Shown here: positions 8,901 to 17,552 of the stretch, in pieces
Layout: each line of letters opens with the position of its first letter
Numbering within the stretch: the first letter of the stretch is position 1
Assembly: GCA_023247795.1 (NCBI GenBank)
Contig: JAHFFT010000009.1
Location: forward strand, 578-64,577
Length of the DNA: 64,000 bases
Source: Candidatus Omnitrophota bacterium
Lineage (GTDB): Bacteria; Omnitrophota; Gorgyraeia; Zapsychrales; JANLHA01
Reading direction: 5' to 3'
Translations under genes and position numbers: made by a program
Notes under the pieces: model-generated
What the model was told of the DNA's origin: nothing
Databases searched by the model: none
The model's input: only the letters and a program-made list of their open reading frames with translations

Positions 8901-9793
8901 CCTTAAAAAATCAAAATATAGGAGTCATCACCTTTGATAAGTATGATCGATTATCAGGGGACTACGGTGAATGGGGGCGAGATTTTCAACGAAATGCTTT
9001 AATCGCCCAAAAAAATGCTCTTAACAATTTAGTCGTCGTACGGGCGGATCAAAGAATGCTGCGTTACTTGCCTTTAAATGCTGTGGATGATATTTTATTT
9101 GTCAACCCCAATTTTCTGCTTGCCGAAATAAAATTGGATAAAGAAACGCAGAGGCCTTTAAAACCCAATGGAAGGATTCTACAAAAACCATATGATCACC
9201 GGCAATTTATTGACCGAGGAACTCTTGAGGCTATATTAGCCGTTGAGCCAGATTTTTTTAACGCAGTTGCCCTTGCCAAAAAAAGATCCAAATTTCCAAT
9301 CCATGTGCTGGGAAGAGATTTTCAACCGCCTTATGATCCTCATGAAAGATCTCTCCCTGGCATTATTCGAATTAAGGGTCCCCAAGAAGAAATTATTCAA
9401 GGATATACTTTTACAAATCTGAATACCAGTATCCTTTATGGCGTGGATATCGAACCCCTGGCCTGGCAAAATAGAGGAGAAACATTATATGAGTGGCGGA
9501 AAGAACATGTGCCAATAAAACCTATGAGTGACAAACTCTTATTATCCAGTCCAACAGCCGCTTCTGAAACAAATGACTTTCAAAAAGGTGGTATTGACCT
9601 CAATCCCATCCGATCTCAGTTGGATGTCAAAGGCAATGAACAAAAACCGGTTTTTAATTTCAATCTGAACGATTTGAAAAAAATCAACATTGAAGGGTTA
9701 AGTCCGTTTATTATCAACATCTCCCCCATCACAAACCTTCCTTTGTTCTTGAGTTATCAAGAAGAAGATCAACAACCGAGTGAAATCCGCTAA
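5948..9793 (+). CDS. Large secreted modular protein: signal peptide, conserved N-domain, HEXXH zinc-peptidase-like and TrmB-like SAM-methyltransferase modules, GGIDLN C-terminal motif
   Basis: Signal peptide ending ANA-Q; PRKYFSGG (~aa 360); HEWLH...WLDEG (aa 595-613); LLEVGGG...LKPNG (aa 970-1075); KGGIDLNP (aa 1213). Confidence 0.75.
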   Translation: MNFSRNKSYFLFKPLAYFVLWFFLLNNLMPIPLANAQEIFSLPKPNVMLGLSSPFTPVILKGLKVNTHNPFEFDFIIDSGSNKLQVNAVGDQNEHIQQQLKPESEKLIKYFLASLTIPEDDLWVNLSVYESGKIVPAQLGQTEMGRDLLAQDYLLKQLSSSLLYPENEIGKKFWERVYQKVYEKFGRTDVPINTFNKIWIVPEKAVVYENGANAFVVESSLKVMLEEDYLAKQEEGKSNPIAKIQQDDTSTLSSQIVRDVMIPAIEQEVNEGALFSQLRQIYSALILATWYKKALKESLISQIYVDQKKVKGVETNDPGVINKIYDQYVQAFKEGVYNFIKEDYDPYTKENIPRKYFSGGLTLKLKDKEQYVTTLGHQNSTDLFSVHAGTNGLAPSGVIPLSNDIIREMKLKPLDGSLELNSQNFGLNITPKTNDVFMFTSTKNDEITELENHCREFVDQNLDRVLKKFHVPGKLQTRSKVLLIQEMVDIKMTDDPDLSDELILEYVIVEFVEKDVDFLKNTRVPDDTEIKITNKALKMLEAINEKWKLPDAPTVSIVMSSNFKDKVNGRYVDLFHTMVIKEDLSEDEMLETILHEWLHHFFEGFEAKWLDEGTIEYLTIKLLIENNALPQQPKQMPEWSDKIEKMVFGKLFELGKIGPVSQYIVSHYLNQGTVSYPIYTIIVEYLVEQILPKLNMDLPSFLSDFKFGRKTKIFEQLTSNSRNSLFELIEQAQNSKNFYDWPENILISTEQRAQMEQIIASIVKTHPWALKAPHVVKHVTDVLNLLLLTHQTVMSSDGVLQITREHFQNLLELQERMRAANQAGDKQTRAQLENELARMENDFDDKLNEIGRAPIDLLMLGKDGEPASAMENQGVSEEPSDQFKSKLKHTIRNLDPETKIFETGMTIGGLKTIFGIEDDLEMAHVDDFRIKNLNPKYIDLVSYLGAKEFNNSLESILKIIYILENYPHILLEVGGGTTKVAHALALKNQNIGVITFDKYDRLSGDYGEWGRDFQRNALIAQKNALNNLVVVRADQRMLRYLPLNAVDDILFVNPNFLLAEIKLDKETQRPLKPNGRILQKPYDHRQFIDRGTLEAILAVEPDFFNAVALAKKRSKFPIHVLGRDFQPPYDPHERSLPGIIRIKGPQEEIIQGYTFTNLNTSILYGVDIEPLAWQNRGETLYEWRKEHVPIKPMSDKLLLSSPTAASETNDFQKGGIDLNPIRSQLDVKGNEQKPVFNFNLNDLKKINIEGLSPFIINISPITNLPLFLSYQEEDQQPSEIR

Positions 9794-9832
9794 TGACCTC
9801 TCATTTGGGTTAGATCTCTTCCTCAACTTAAA

Positions 9833-9862
9833 TTGACAAACAATTCAACACTGTGTTATCAT
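9833..9862 (+). promoter_or_regulatory. Putative sigma70 promoter of metX
   Basis: TTGACA-18 bp-TATCAT with extended TG. Confidence 0.55.
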
Positions 9863-9892
9863 TCGATATTCTTTATTTCTAGAAGGAAAAAT

Positions 9893-11026
9893 ATGGGTAA
9901 AAATTCAGTCGGAATCGTTAAAACTCAATATTTCGAATGCTGTGAATCGCCGCAAGAACTCAAACTCAAGGGCGGGCAGCGACTTGGGCCCATCACCGTC
10001 GCCTACGAAACCTACGGCAATTTAAACAACCAAAAATCAAACGCCATCCTCATTTTTCATGCCCTGAGCGGAGACGCGCATGCCGCTGGATGGCATGAAG
10101 AGGCCAAAAACCCGGGTTGGTGGGACGGCATGATCGGTCCCGGCAAGGCCTTTGACACCAACAAATATTTTGTCATCTGTGCGAATGTCCTCGGAAGTTG
10201 TAAAGGAAGCACCGGACCAGCTTCGATCAATCCCAAAACCGGCAAACCTTACGGCCTAAGTTTTCCCGTTGTGACAATCGAAGACATGGTGGAAGTGCAG
10301 AAATTACTCATCGACCATTTAGGGATCAAAAAATTATTGTCAACGGCCGGAGGATCCATGGGAGGGCTTTTGGCCTTAAAATGGTCAGTCCTTTATCCGG
10401 AAACAACTGCCTCGGTCATCACCATTGCGACAAATCACCGGCACACCGCCCAGCAGATTGCCTTGCATGAAGTCTGCCGCCAGGCGATCATGTCTGATCC
10501 CGACTGGCAGGGAGGAGATTACTATGGAAAATCCATTCCGGCGCGAGGTTTGGCCCTATCGCGCATGATTGGGCACATCACGTACATGAGTGAAAAATCC
10601 ATGGATGATAAATTCGGCCGTAAACTGATTGGTAAAGAAAAAGTCGGATACGATTTTACTCAAGATTTTGAAGTTGAAAATTATCTCAAATACCGCGGGG
10701 ACAGTTTTGTCCAACGGTTTGACGCCAATTCTTATCTTTACTTAACAAAAACGCTCGACTATTTTGATTTGGCTGAGGAAGGGGCCCTGGTCTCAACGTT
10801 TCGCAACGTAACTGCCAATTTTTTAGTCATCTCCTTTTCTTCCGACTGGCTTTACCCGTCCTATCAATCAACCGAACTCGTCCGCGCGTTGAAAGCGAAT
10901 GATATCGATGTTTCTAACATCGAAATCAATACCAATTATGGCCACGATTCTTTCTTAGTTGAAATTGAAGGGCAGTCAAAATTGATTTCGCACTTTTTAA
11001 CCCGTTTAGAGAAAAAGCACCTGTAA
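9893..11026 (+). CDS. metX: Homoserine O-acetyltransferase
   Basis: HALSGD, GGSMGG nucleophile, RFDANSY, GHDSFL; start placed at ATG 9893 after AAGGA. Confidence 0.95.
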   Translation: MGKNSVGIVKTQYFECCESPQELKLKGGQRLGPITVAYETYGNLNNQKSNAILIFHALSGDAHAAGWHEEAKNPGWWDGMIGPGKAFDTNKYFVICANVLGSCKGSTGPASINPKTGKPYGLSFPVVTIEDMVEVQKLLIDHLGIKKLLSTAGGSMGGLLALKWSVLYPETTASVITIATNHRHTAQQIALHEVCRQAIMSDPDWQGGDYYGKSIPARGLALSRMIGHITYMSEKSMDDKFGRKLIGKEKVGYDFTQDFEVENYLKYRGDSFVQRFDANSYLYLTKTLDYFDLAEEGALVSTFRNVTANFLVISFSSDWLYPSYQSTELVRALKANDIDVSNIEINTNYGHDSFLVEIEGQSKLISHFLTRLEKKHL

Positions 11027-11029
11027 AAA

Positions 11030-11623
11030 ATGAGCCACTCAGACCGACTAGATTATCAGATTATCTTGGATTTCATCGAACCCAACTCCCGGGTCCTTGA
11101 CTTGGGCTGCGGCGACGGAGAACTCTTGGCGCTGTTAATCGAACAAAAAAAATGTCACGGCACCGGAATCGAAATCGATGAAAAAGCGATTTACCGTTGC
11201 ATGGCAAAAGGCCTCACCGTTTCTCATGGTGATATCAATTCCGGATTGGCCGATTATTCAAACAAACGCTTTGACTATGTGATCCTCAATGAAAGCCTGC
11301 AACAGATCCTGAATTTACAAAAAGTGATTTTAGAAGCGCTGCGGGTCGGAAAGAAAGTCATTGTTGGGGTCCCGAACTTTTGTCATTGGAGAGGCCGTCT
11401 GCAGGTTTTATTCAACGGACAGGTTCCCGTCACCAAAAAACTTCCCTTTGAATGGTACAATACACCCAACGTCCGCTTTTTTAGCATCAAAGATTTTCAA
11501 AATTTCTGTCTGATGAATAAAATTAAAGTCCTCGACCATAAAGCACTTGCTGACGATAACCTGGTATCATTTTTTCCGAACCTTTTTGCCCATATCGGAA
11601 TATTTTTATTGTCCAAAGACTAA
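11030..11623 (+). CDS. metW: Methionine biosynthesis protein MetW
   Basis: VLDLGCGDG, PNF, WYNTPNVRF; adjacent to metX. Confidence 0.93.
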   Translation: MSHSDRLDYQIILDFIEPNSRVLDLGCGDGELLALLIEQKKCHGTGIEIDEKAIYRCMAKGLTVSHGDINSGLADYSNKRFDYVILNESLQQILNLQKVILEALRVGKKVIVGVPNFCHWRGRLQVLFNGQVPVTKKLPFEWYNTPNVRFFSIKDFQNFCLMNKIKVLDHKALADDNLVSFFPNLFAHIGIFLLSKD

Positions 11624-11628
11624 TGGAA

Positions 11629-11715
11629 ACCCCTCGGAGGCTGCTGGGCCGCAGCCTCCTGGGGTAAATTCGCGCAGGCTGAGTTGACGTCGCTGACGCT
11701 CCGTAACTCAGGCGC
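11629..11715. repeat. GC-rich two-hairpin intergenic element (REP-like or structured RNA)
   Basis: ACCCC..GGAGGCTGC-loop-GCAGCCTCC.GGGGT (11629-11665), then GCGC...CTGAGTT...AACTCAG-GCGC (11672-11715). Confidence 0.6.
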
Positions 11716-11733
11716 TCATTTAAAGGAGACCCC

Positions 11734-11913
11734 ATGCCTTATATCAACCTCAAACTCGTTGGAAAACTCACCAAAGAACAAAAGAATGAAATCGCCAAAC
11801 AATTTTCAGAGACCTTATTGAAAGTGGCCAATAAACCGAAAGACCATACCTATCTGGTCATTGATGAAGTGTCTGGTGAAAATTGGGCGGTGGGAGAAAA
11901 ACTTTTTGCTTAA
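11734..11913 (+). CDS. 4-oxalocrotonate tautomerase family protein (59 aa, not in ORF track)
   Basis: AAGGAG RBS; MPYINLKLVGKLTKEQKNEIA...YLVIDEVSGENWAVG with catalytic Pro-1. Confidence 0.92.
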   Translation: MPYINLKLVGKLTKEQKNEIAKQFSETLLKVANKPKDHTYLVIDEVSGENWAVGEKLFA

Positions 11914-11949
11914 CGACGGTAGCCCGAAATGGGTGCTGTGTGTTGCGCG

Positions 11950-12183
11950 TTAATGAAAATTTTTATGAGTGCCGTCACAATAGGGTGGAGTGGACGTCGC
12001 TTTGCAGCCGCACCAGGCAACCTTTTTCTTTTCTGTTATTTGAACAACTTTAGGAAGCATGCCGGTATCGCCATGCGTGCCATCGCAAAAGGGTTGCTTT
12101 TGCGATTTACCGCAGCTGCACCAGGCGTACGAGCGAGGCTCAGCGTCTAGAATAAAGGGATGATAAATTAATTCTCCTGACAT
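11950..12183 (-). CDS. CDGSH iron-sulfur domain protein (two CDGSH motifs)
   Basis: WCSCGKSQKQPFCDGTH and WCGCKATSTPPYCDGTH. Confidence 0.93.
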   Translation of the reverse strand: MSGELIYHPFILDAEPRSYAWCSCGKSQKQPFCDGTHGDTGMLPKVVQITEKKKVAWCGCKATSTPPYCDGTHKNFH

Positions 12184-12189
12184 AGAAAC

Positions 12190-12426
12190 TCAAAAGGCGT
12201 TATGAGTGCCATCACAAAAAGGCTTATCGACTGTATGTTTGCAGCCACACCAAGCAACGGTTTGCGTGCCTTCAATTTTTACAACCATCGGCCGAAACTC
12301 GCTGCCGCGATGAGATCCATCACAAAACGGTTGGTTCTTTGAGTTACCACACGCGCACCAGGCATAACTGCCAGGTTCCATCTTCAAAACAAAAGGGGAA
12401 TTTTTGGCAATATTTGGTTCACTCAT
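12190..12426 (-). CDS. CDGSH iron-sulfur domain protein (two CDGSH motifs)
   Basis: WCACGNSKNQPFCDGSH and WCGCKHTVDKPFCDGTH; GAGGAGG RBS before ATG 12426. Confidence 0.93.
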   Translation of the reverse strand: MSEPNIAKNSPFVLKMEPGSYAWCACGNSKNQPFCDGSHRGSEFRPMVVKIEGTQTVAWCGCKHTVDKPFCDGTHNAF

Positions 12427-12526
12427 TTTTAACCTCCTCATTTATTTTTGTAATTGTAGGAGAAAATCTTAGACAAGTCAATAAGCGGATGGAGACAGTC
12501 CCTAAAGGGAGGGTCACCCGGTTATC

Positions 12527-13720
12527 ATGAAAAAAACACAATATCTCATCATCGGGGCAGGTATTATCGGACTTTCCATTGCCCGCGCGCTCAAAAAACG
12601 CGATGCCTCCGGCAAAATCTTAATCATTGAAAAAGAACAAGATACTGCCCAACATGCTTCGGGCCGTAACAGTGGAGTTCTGCACGCTGGATTTTACTAT
12701 ACAGCCAACAGCTTAAAAGCGCGGTTTACGGTGGATGGGAATCGTCTCCTTAAAGAATACTGCCGGGAGAAAGGACTGCCGTTGAATGAATGTGGAAAAT
12801 TGGTTGTGGCGATGGATGACGCCGAGCTGCAAATCCTTTATGAGTTGGAAAAACGCGGTGTTCGTAACGGCGTTAAGGTTGAATTGATTGACGCGGCAGC
12901 CGCGAAAGAAATTGAACCAAATGTCAAAACGCATCAAAAAGCCTTGTATTCTCCAACGACGGCGAGCGTTGATCCGATCAAAGTCTGTCAGAGCTTAAAA
13001 GAGGATTTGAAACAACAGGGCGTTGAATTCCAATGGCAGGTGAGTTATGTCCGCCGCGAAAAGGGCACGGTTGAAACCAATCAAGGCGAAATCGAAGCTA
13101 AACAAGTGATCAATTGCGCTGGCCTCTACGCCGACAAAATCGCCCAAGATTTCGACTTTGGCCATGATTATACCATCATGCCTTTCAAAGGGCTTTATCT
13201 GAAATACAAAACCAATAAAACTGCTATCAAAACAAATATTTATCCCGTACCAAATTTACGAAACCCGTTTCTCGGGGTCCATTTCACCAAAACGGTTTAT
13301 GGTGACATCAAGATCGGCCCGACCGCTATTCCGGCCTTTTGGCGGGAAAACTATCAAGGATTTACAAATTTTCAAAGTAAGGAATTTCTGCAAATCATGG
13401 GTTATCAGAGCCAATTGCTGCTTAAAAACCGGTTTCATTTTCGAAACTTGGCTGTTGAAGAGATGAAAAAACACCAAAAATCATATTTTGTTGGCCTGGC
13501 CGCAAAACTGGTACAGCAGATTGACGCTGAAGGTTTTAGCGAATATACCAAACCCGGCATCCGCGCCCAGCTGCTCGATCGTAACACGCTTGAGCTGGTC
13601 CAGGATTTTGTCGTTGAAGGGGACGCTCACTCGGTCCACGTCTTAAACGCGGTTTCGCCTGCCTTTACCTGTGCCTTTCCGTTTGCTGAGCATATTGTCA
13701 GCCAATATTGTCCTGCTTGA
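12527..13720 (+). CDS. lhgO: L-2-hydroxyglutarate oxidase family FAD oxidoreductase
   Basis: IIGAGIIG, HASGRNSGVLHAG, IYPVP, FLGVHFT, GIRAQ, NAVSPAFT. Confidence 0.88.
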   Translation: MKKTQYLIIGAGIIGLSIARALKKRDASGKILIIEKEQDTAQHASGRNSGVLHAGFYYTANSLKARFTVDGNRLLKEYCREKGLPLNECGKLVVAMDDAELQILYELEKRGVRNGVKVELIDAAAAKEIEPNVKTHQKALYSPTTASVDPIKVCQSLKEDLKQQGVEFQWQVSYVRREKGTVETNQGEIEAKQVINCAGLYADKIAQDFDFGHDYTIMPFKGLYLKYKTNKTAIKTNIYPVPNLRNPFLGVHFTKTVYGDIKIGPTAIPAFWRENYQGFTNFQSKEFLQIMGYQSQLLLKNRFHFRNLAVEEMKKHQKSYFVGLAAKLVQQIDAEGFSEYTKPGIRAQLLDRNTLELVQDFVVEGDAHSVHVLNAVSPAFTCAFPFAEHIVSQYCPA

Positions 13721-13801
13721 CTCAAGTCTCACGGTATTGTACACTTTAAATAAGCTGAAAAACGAATTATATCTTGACTTTTTGCTCTAGTTCGTTATGA
13801 T
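13717..13801 (+). promoter_or_regulatory. Two candidate sigma70 promoters for the nfu-suf operon
   Basis: TTGACT-17-TACACT (13717-13745) and TTGACT-16-TATGAT (13774-13801). Confidence 0.5.
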
Positions 13802-13859
13802 TTAGTTTAGCGGTCTTTAGAAATTAGCACGGAATTATGTCAAAAATAAGGAGTTACGC

Positions 13860-14423
13860 ATGAATTACCGAATCATGATTCAAGGAACACCCAATCCTAA
13901 TGCTTTAAAATTTGTCTTAAATGTTCCCGTAAAAAGCGCTGGAAACGTAACCTATAAATCCGCCCAAGATTGCGAGTTCAATCCTTTAGCGAAAAAAATT
14001 TTTGACGTCAGTCCTGACATCAAAGAGGTCTATTTTTTTGATAACTACATTACCGTCACTCAAAACGGCAACTCCGATTGGAACAATATTGAGGAGCTTG
14101 TGCAAAAAACCATTCTCGATAACGTTGCTCAACATAATCCTAATTTTATGGATGTTCAAAAGCAAACATCACCGCAACTGCAAGCCAATACCGATGACCC
14201 TGAACTGGCCAAGATTGGTGCCATTTTGGATCAAACCGTGCGCCCGGCGCTGCAGGCCGACGGAGGGGATTTGCAGCTGATTGAATTGCGTGACAATGTT
14301 TTAAAAATCAATTACCAAGGTGCCTGTGGCTCCTGCCCAAGTTCGACGATGGGAACGCTCAAAGCGATTGAAGAATTGCTTAAGTCGGAATACAACCCTA
14401 ATATCAAACTTGAAGCGGCTTAA
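13860..14423 (+). CDS. NifU/Nfu-family Fe-S carrier
   Basis: TPNPNALKF (Nfu_N domain); VRPALQADGGD...GACGSCPSS. Confidence 0.93.
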   Translation: MNYRIMIQGTPNPNALKFVLNVPVKSAGNVTYKSAQDCEFNPLAKKIFDVSPDIKEVYFFDNYITVTQNGNSDWNNIEELVQKTILDNVAQHNPNFMDVQKQTSPQLQANTDDPELAKIGAILDQTVRPALQADGGDLQLIELRDNVLKINYQGACGSCPSSTMGTLKAIEELLKSEYNPNIKLEAA

Positions 14424-14439
14424 GATTGAAAAAAAACTT

Positions 14440-14814
14440 ATGACAAATCGTGCTGATTTAGCGCAAATGAAATGTGAGCCCTGTGAAGGAAAGACGGCTG
14501 CCTTCACGAAAAAGCAGGTGCTAGAGTATCTGACCGGTACGCCGGCATGGCGATTGGATATAAAAAACAATTCCATTTCACGCAATTTTCTTATGAAAAA
14601 TTTTTTGTCGGCGGTGAAATTCATTAATGAGGTTGCAGATATTGCTGAGGCTGACAACCATCATCCCGATGTCCATTTGACTGGATACCGGAATTTAAAA
14701 ATAGAATTGAGCACCCATGCGATTGGCGGATTGTCAGAAAGCGATTTTATTGTTGCGGCAAAGATCGACCGGCTACAACCGGAACTGAAGGCCGAAAGAA
14801 AAGCCCATGTTTAA
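14440..14814 (+). CDS. Pterin-4a-carbinolamine dehydratase
   Basis: CEPCEG, AEADNHHPD, THAIGGLSESDFIVAAKID; start at ATG 14440. Confidence 0.92.
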   Translation: MTNRADLAQMKCEPCEGKTAAFTKKQVLEYLTGTPAWRLDIKNNSISRNFLMKNFLSAVKFINEVADIAEADNHHPDVHLTGYRNLKIELSTHAIGGLSESDFIVAAKIDRLQPELKAERKAHV

Positions 14815-15262
14815 AATCAACCGAAAAATCGAATACGCCTTAATCGCCCTTAAGCACATGAGCCATAAATCACCAGGACAGCTGACCTCCGCCAAAGAAA
14901 TCTGCGATCTTTATCATACACCCTTTGACCCAACGTCGCGGGTATTGCAAATCATGTCGCAGCATGAGGTGGTCCGAGCGGAACAAGGGGCCTATGGCGG
15001 TTATCAGATCGTAAAAGATTTAAAAAAAGTCACCTTGGGTGAGCTTTGTGACATGATTTCCGGACCGATTCAAATCGCCAGCTGTTTTTCCGGTGATTAT
15101 TCCCACTGCGAATTGAACACCTATTGCAGTGTCATTGGCCCGATGTTGAACCTGAATGAAAAAATCTCAGCACTTTTCGGTCAAATCAAGATCGCTGATT
15201 TGATCGAACGCAAGCATCTCGGCGAAAAATCGATCCGCGAAAAGCCGACAGCAGAAAAATAA
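14807..15262 (+). CDS. Rrf2-family (IscR-like) regulator
   Basis: EYALIAL, GAYGGY wing, three C-terminal Cys. Confidence 0.9.
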   Translation: MFKINRKIEYALIALKHMSHKSPGQLTSAKEICDLYHTPFDPTSRVLQIMSQHEVVRAEQGAYGGYQIVKDLKKVTLGELCDMISGPIQIASCFSGDYSHCELNTYCSVIGPMLNLNEKISALFGQIKIADLIERKHLGEKSIREKPTAEK

Positions 15263-15269
15263 GGAGTTC

Positions 15270-16751
15270 ATGATGGTGAAAGCTTCTGAAGAAAAATTAC
15301 TCAATGAGAAAACCATTGAGGAAAATAGCCTGTCCCGTCGAGATTACAAATACGGATTCGTCACGGACATTGAAACCGAACGCATCCCTATGGGGCTGAA
15401 TGAAGACATCATTGCTCTGATCGCGGAAAAGAAAAATGAGCCGCAATGGATGCTGGAGTGGCGCTTGAAGGCCTATCGGCATTGGACAAAAATGAAAGAA
15501 CCGCATTGGCCAAATTTTCATTACGACCCGATCGATTATCAAGCCTTGAGTTATTACACCTCACCCAAATGGAAAAAAGACCAACAGCCTAAAAATTTGG
15601 ATGAGGTTGATCCGGAACTGTTGAAAACGTTTGAACGTTTAGGGATCCCTTTGACCGAACAAAAACGCTTAAGCGGTGTGGCAGTGGATGCGGTGTTTGA
15701 CAGCGTTTCCGTAGGAACAACGCATCAATCCGAACTGGAAAAGCACGGTGTCATTTTCTGTTCAGTGAGTGAGGCGGTGAAAACTCATCCGGAACTGGTT
15801 AAAAAATATCTGGGCAGTGTTGTGCCCTACACCGACAATTTCTTTGCCGCCCTCAATTCGGCAGTGTTCAGCGATGGTTCCTTCTGCTATATCCCAAAAG
15901 GAGTGCGCTGCCCGTTGGATTTATCCACTTATTTTCGCATCAATGCCGCGGAAACCGGTCAGTTCGAGCGTACCTTGATCGTTGCCGAAGAGGGGAGTTA
16001 CGTAAGCTACCTGGAAGGCTGCACAGCACCGATGCGAGAGCAAAACCAATTGCATGCCGCGGTTGTCGAACTCATCGCTTTAGATAACGCCGAGATCAAA
16101 TATTCGACCGTGCAGAACTGGTATGCCGGTGACAAACAAGGAATAGGCGGCATTTACAACTTCGTCACCAAACGCGGAAAATGCCTTGGTCATCACTCCA
16201 AAATTTCCTGGACGCAGGTTGAGGCTGGTTCGGCCATCACCTGGAAATACCCCAGTGTCATTTTGCAAGGGGATGATTCGATTGGTAAATTTTATTCCGT
16301 TGCCTTGACCAACAACCGTATGCGGGCAGATACCGGAACCAAAATGATCCATATCGGTAAGAACACCAAAAGCACCATCATCTCCAAAGGGATCTCGACC
16401 GATGAGTCCAATAACAATTACCGCGGGCTGGTGAAAGTGCTGCCGTCTGCGGATAATGCGCGAAATTTTTCGCAATGCGACTCGATGCTGGTCGGTAATA
16501 AATGCAGTGCCAATACCTTTCCGTATATCGAAGTAAAAAATAGCACGGCCACATTAGAGCATGAGGCCTCAACTTCTAAAATCAATGCCGATCAAATTTT
16601 TTATCTGCAATCACGCGGGTTGGATTTGGAAGGGGCCATCTCTTTGATCATCAACGGTTTTTGTAAGGAGGTCTTCAAAGAACTTCCTCTGGAATTCGCC
16701 GTCGAGGCGGTCAAACTTTTAGAAATGAAATTGGAAGGAAGTGTTGGTTAA
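15270..16751 (+). CDS. sufB: Fe-S cluster assembly protein SufB
   Basis: [33 protein letters not shown]. Confidence 0.97.
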   Translation: MMVKASEEKLLNEKTIEENSLSRRDYKYGFVTDIETERIPMGLNEDIIALIAEKKNEPQWMLEWRLKAYRHWTKMKEPHWPNFHYDPIDYQALSYYTSPKWKKDQQPKNLDEVDPELLKTFERLGIPLTEQKRLSGVAVDAVFDSVSVGTTHQSELEKHGVIFCSVSEAVKTHPELVKKYLGSVVPYTDNFFAALNSAVFSDGSFCYIPKGVRCPLDLSTYFRINAAETGQFERTLIVAEEGSYVSYLEGCTAPMREQNQLHAAVVELIALDNAEIKYSTVQNWYAGDKQGIGGIYNFVTKRGKCLGHHSKISWTQVEAGSAITWKYPSVILQGDDSIGKFYSVALTNNRMRADTGTKMIHIGKNTKSTIISKGISTDESNNNYRGLVKVLPSADNARNFSQCDSMLVGNKCSANTFPYIEVKNSTATLEHEASTSKINADQIFYLQSRGLDLEGAISLIINGFCKEVFKELPLEFAVEAVKLLEMKLEGSVG

Positions 16752-16778
16752 CCCATTAACGAAAGAGGTTCTAAGTCG

Positions 16779-17531
16779 ATGTTAGAAATCAAGAATTTGT
16801 ATGCCGGGATCAAAGGCATAACGATATTAAAAGGGATCAATTTGACCATCAACCCCGGTGAGATTCATGCCATCATGGGACCAAACGGATCGGGAAAGAG
16901 CACGCTCGCTAAAGTCATCTGTGGCCATCCGGATTATGAAGTCACGGCCGGGGAAATCCTTTACGAAATTGATTTTAAAAAGAAGGACATCCTTGAGATG
17001 GACCCGGAAGAGCGGGCCCGCGAAGGGATATTCCTGGCCTTTCAGTATCCGGTCGAAATCCCCGGAGTCAATTCGGCATCATTTTTACGAGCCGCCTTCA
17101 ATGAGGTCTGTCGTCACCATGGCGTTGAGGAGATGGATCCCGCTTCTTTTGATGATTATCTGCGAAAAAAAATGAAACTCTTAGGCATGGATGAAAAATT
17201 CCTTAACCGCCCCTTGAACGTGGATTTTTCCGGTGGAGAAAAAAAACGAAATGAAATCCTGCAGATGGCGATCTTAAATCCGCGTTTTTCCGTCTTGGAC
17301 GAGACCGATTCCGGGCTTGATATTGATTCCATGCGTGTGGTGGCGGAAGGGGTCAACAAACTTAAAACCAAAAAAAATGCGACACTCGTTATTACCCATT
17401 ATCAAAGACTGTTGAATTATATCGTTCCCGATGTTGTTCATATCTTGCAGGATGGAAAAATCGTCAAGTCCGAAGGTAAGGAACTGGCCATGCAGGTCGA
17501 AGAAAAAGGTTACGATTGGATAAAAAGTTAA
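16779..17531 (+). CDS. sufC: Fe-S assembly ATPase SufC
   Basis: GPNGSGKST, FQYPVEIPGV, FSGGEKKRNE, LDETDSGLD. Confidence 0.97.
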   Translation: MLEIKNLYAGIKGITILKGINLTINPGEIHAIMGPNGSGKSTLAKVICGHPDYEVTAGEILYEIDFKKKDILEMDPEERAREGIFLAFQYPVEIPGVNSASFLRAAFNEVCRHHGVEEMDPASFDDYLRKKMKLLGMDEKFLNRPLNVDFSGGEKKRNEILQMAILNPRFSVLDETDSGLDIDSMRVVAEGVNKLKTKKNATLVITHYQRLLNYIVPDVVHILQDGKIVKSEGKELAMQVEEKGYDWIKS

Positions 17532-17552
17532 ATCTTGCTCAAGGGATTAACA

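Noticed and set aside
11629-11715. SAM riboswitch near met genes
   Set aside because: It lies downstream of metXW and lacks SAM-I/II consensus elements that I can recognise.
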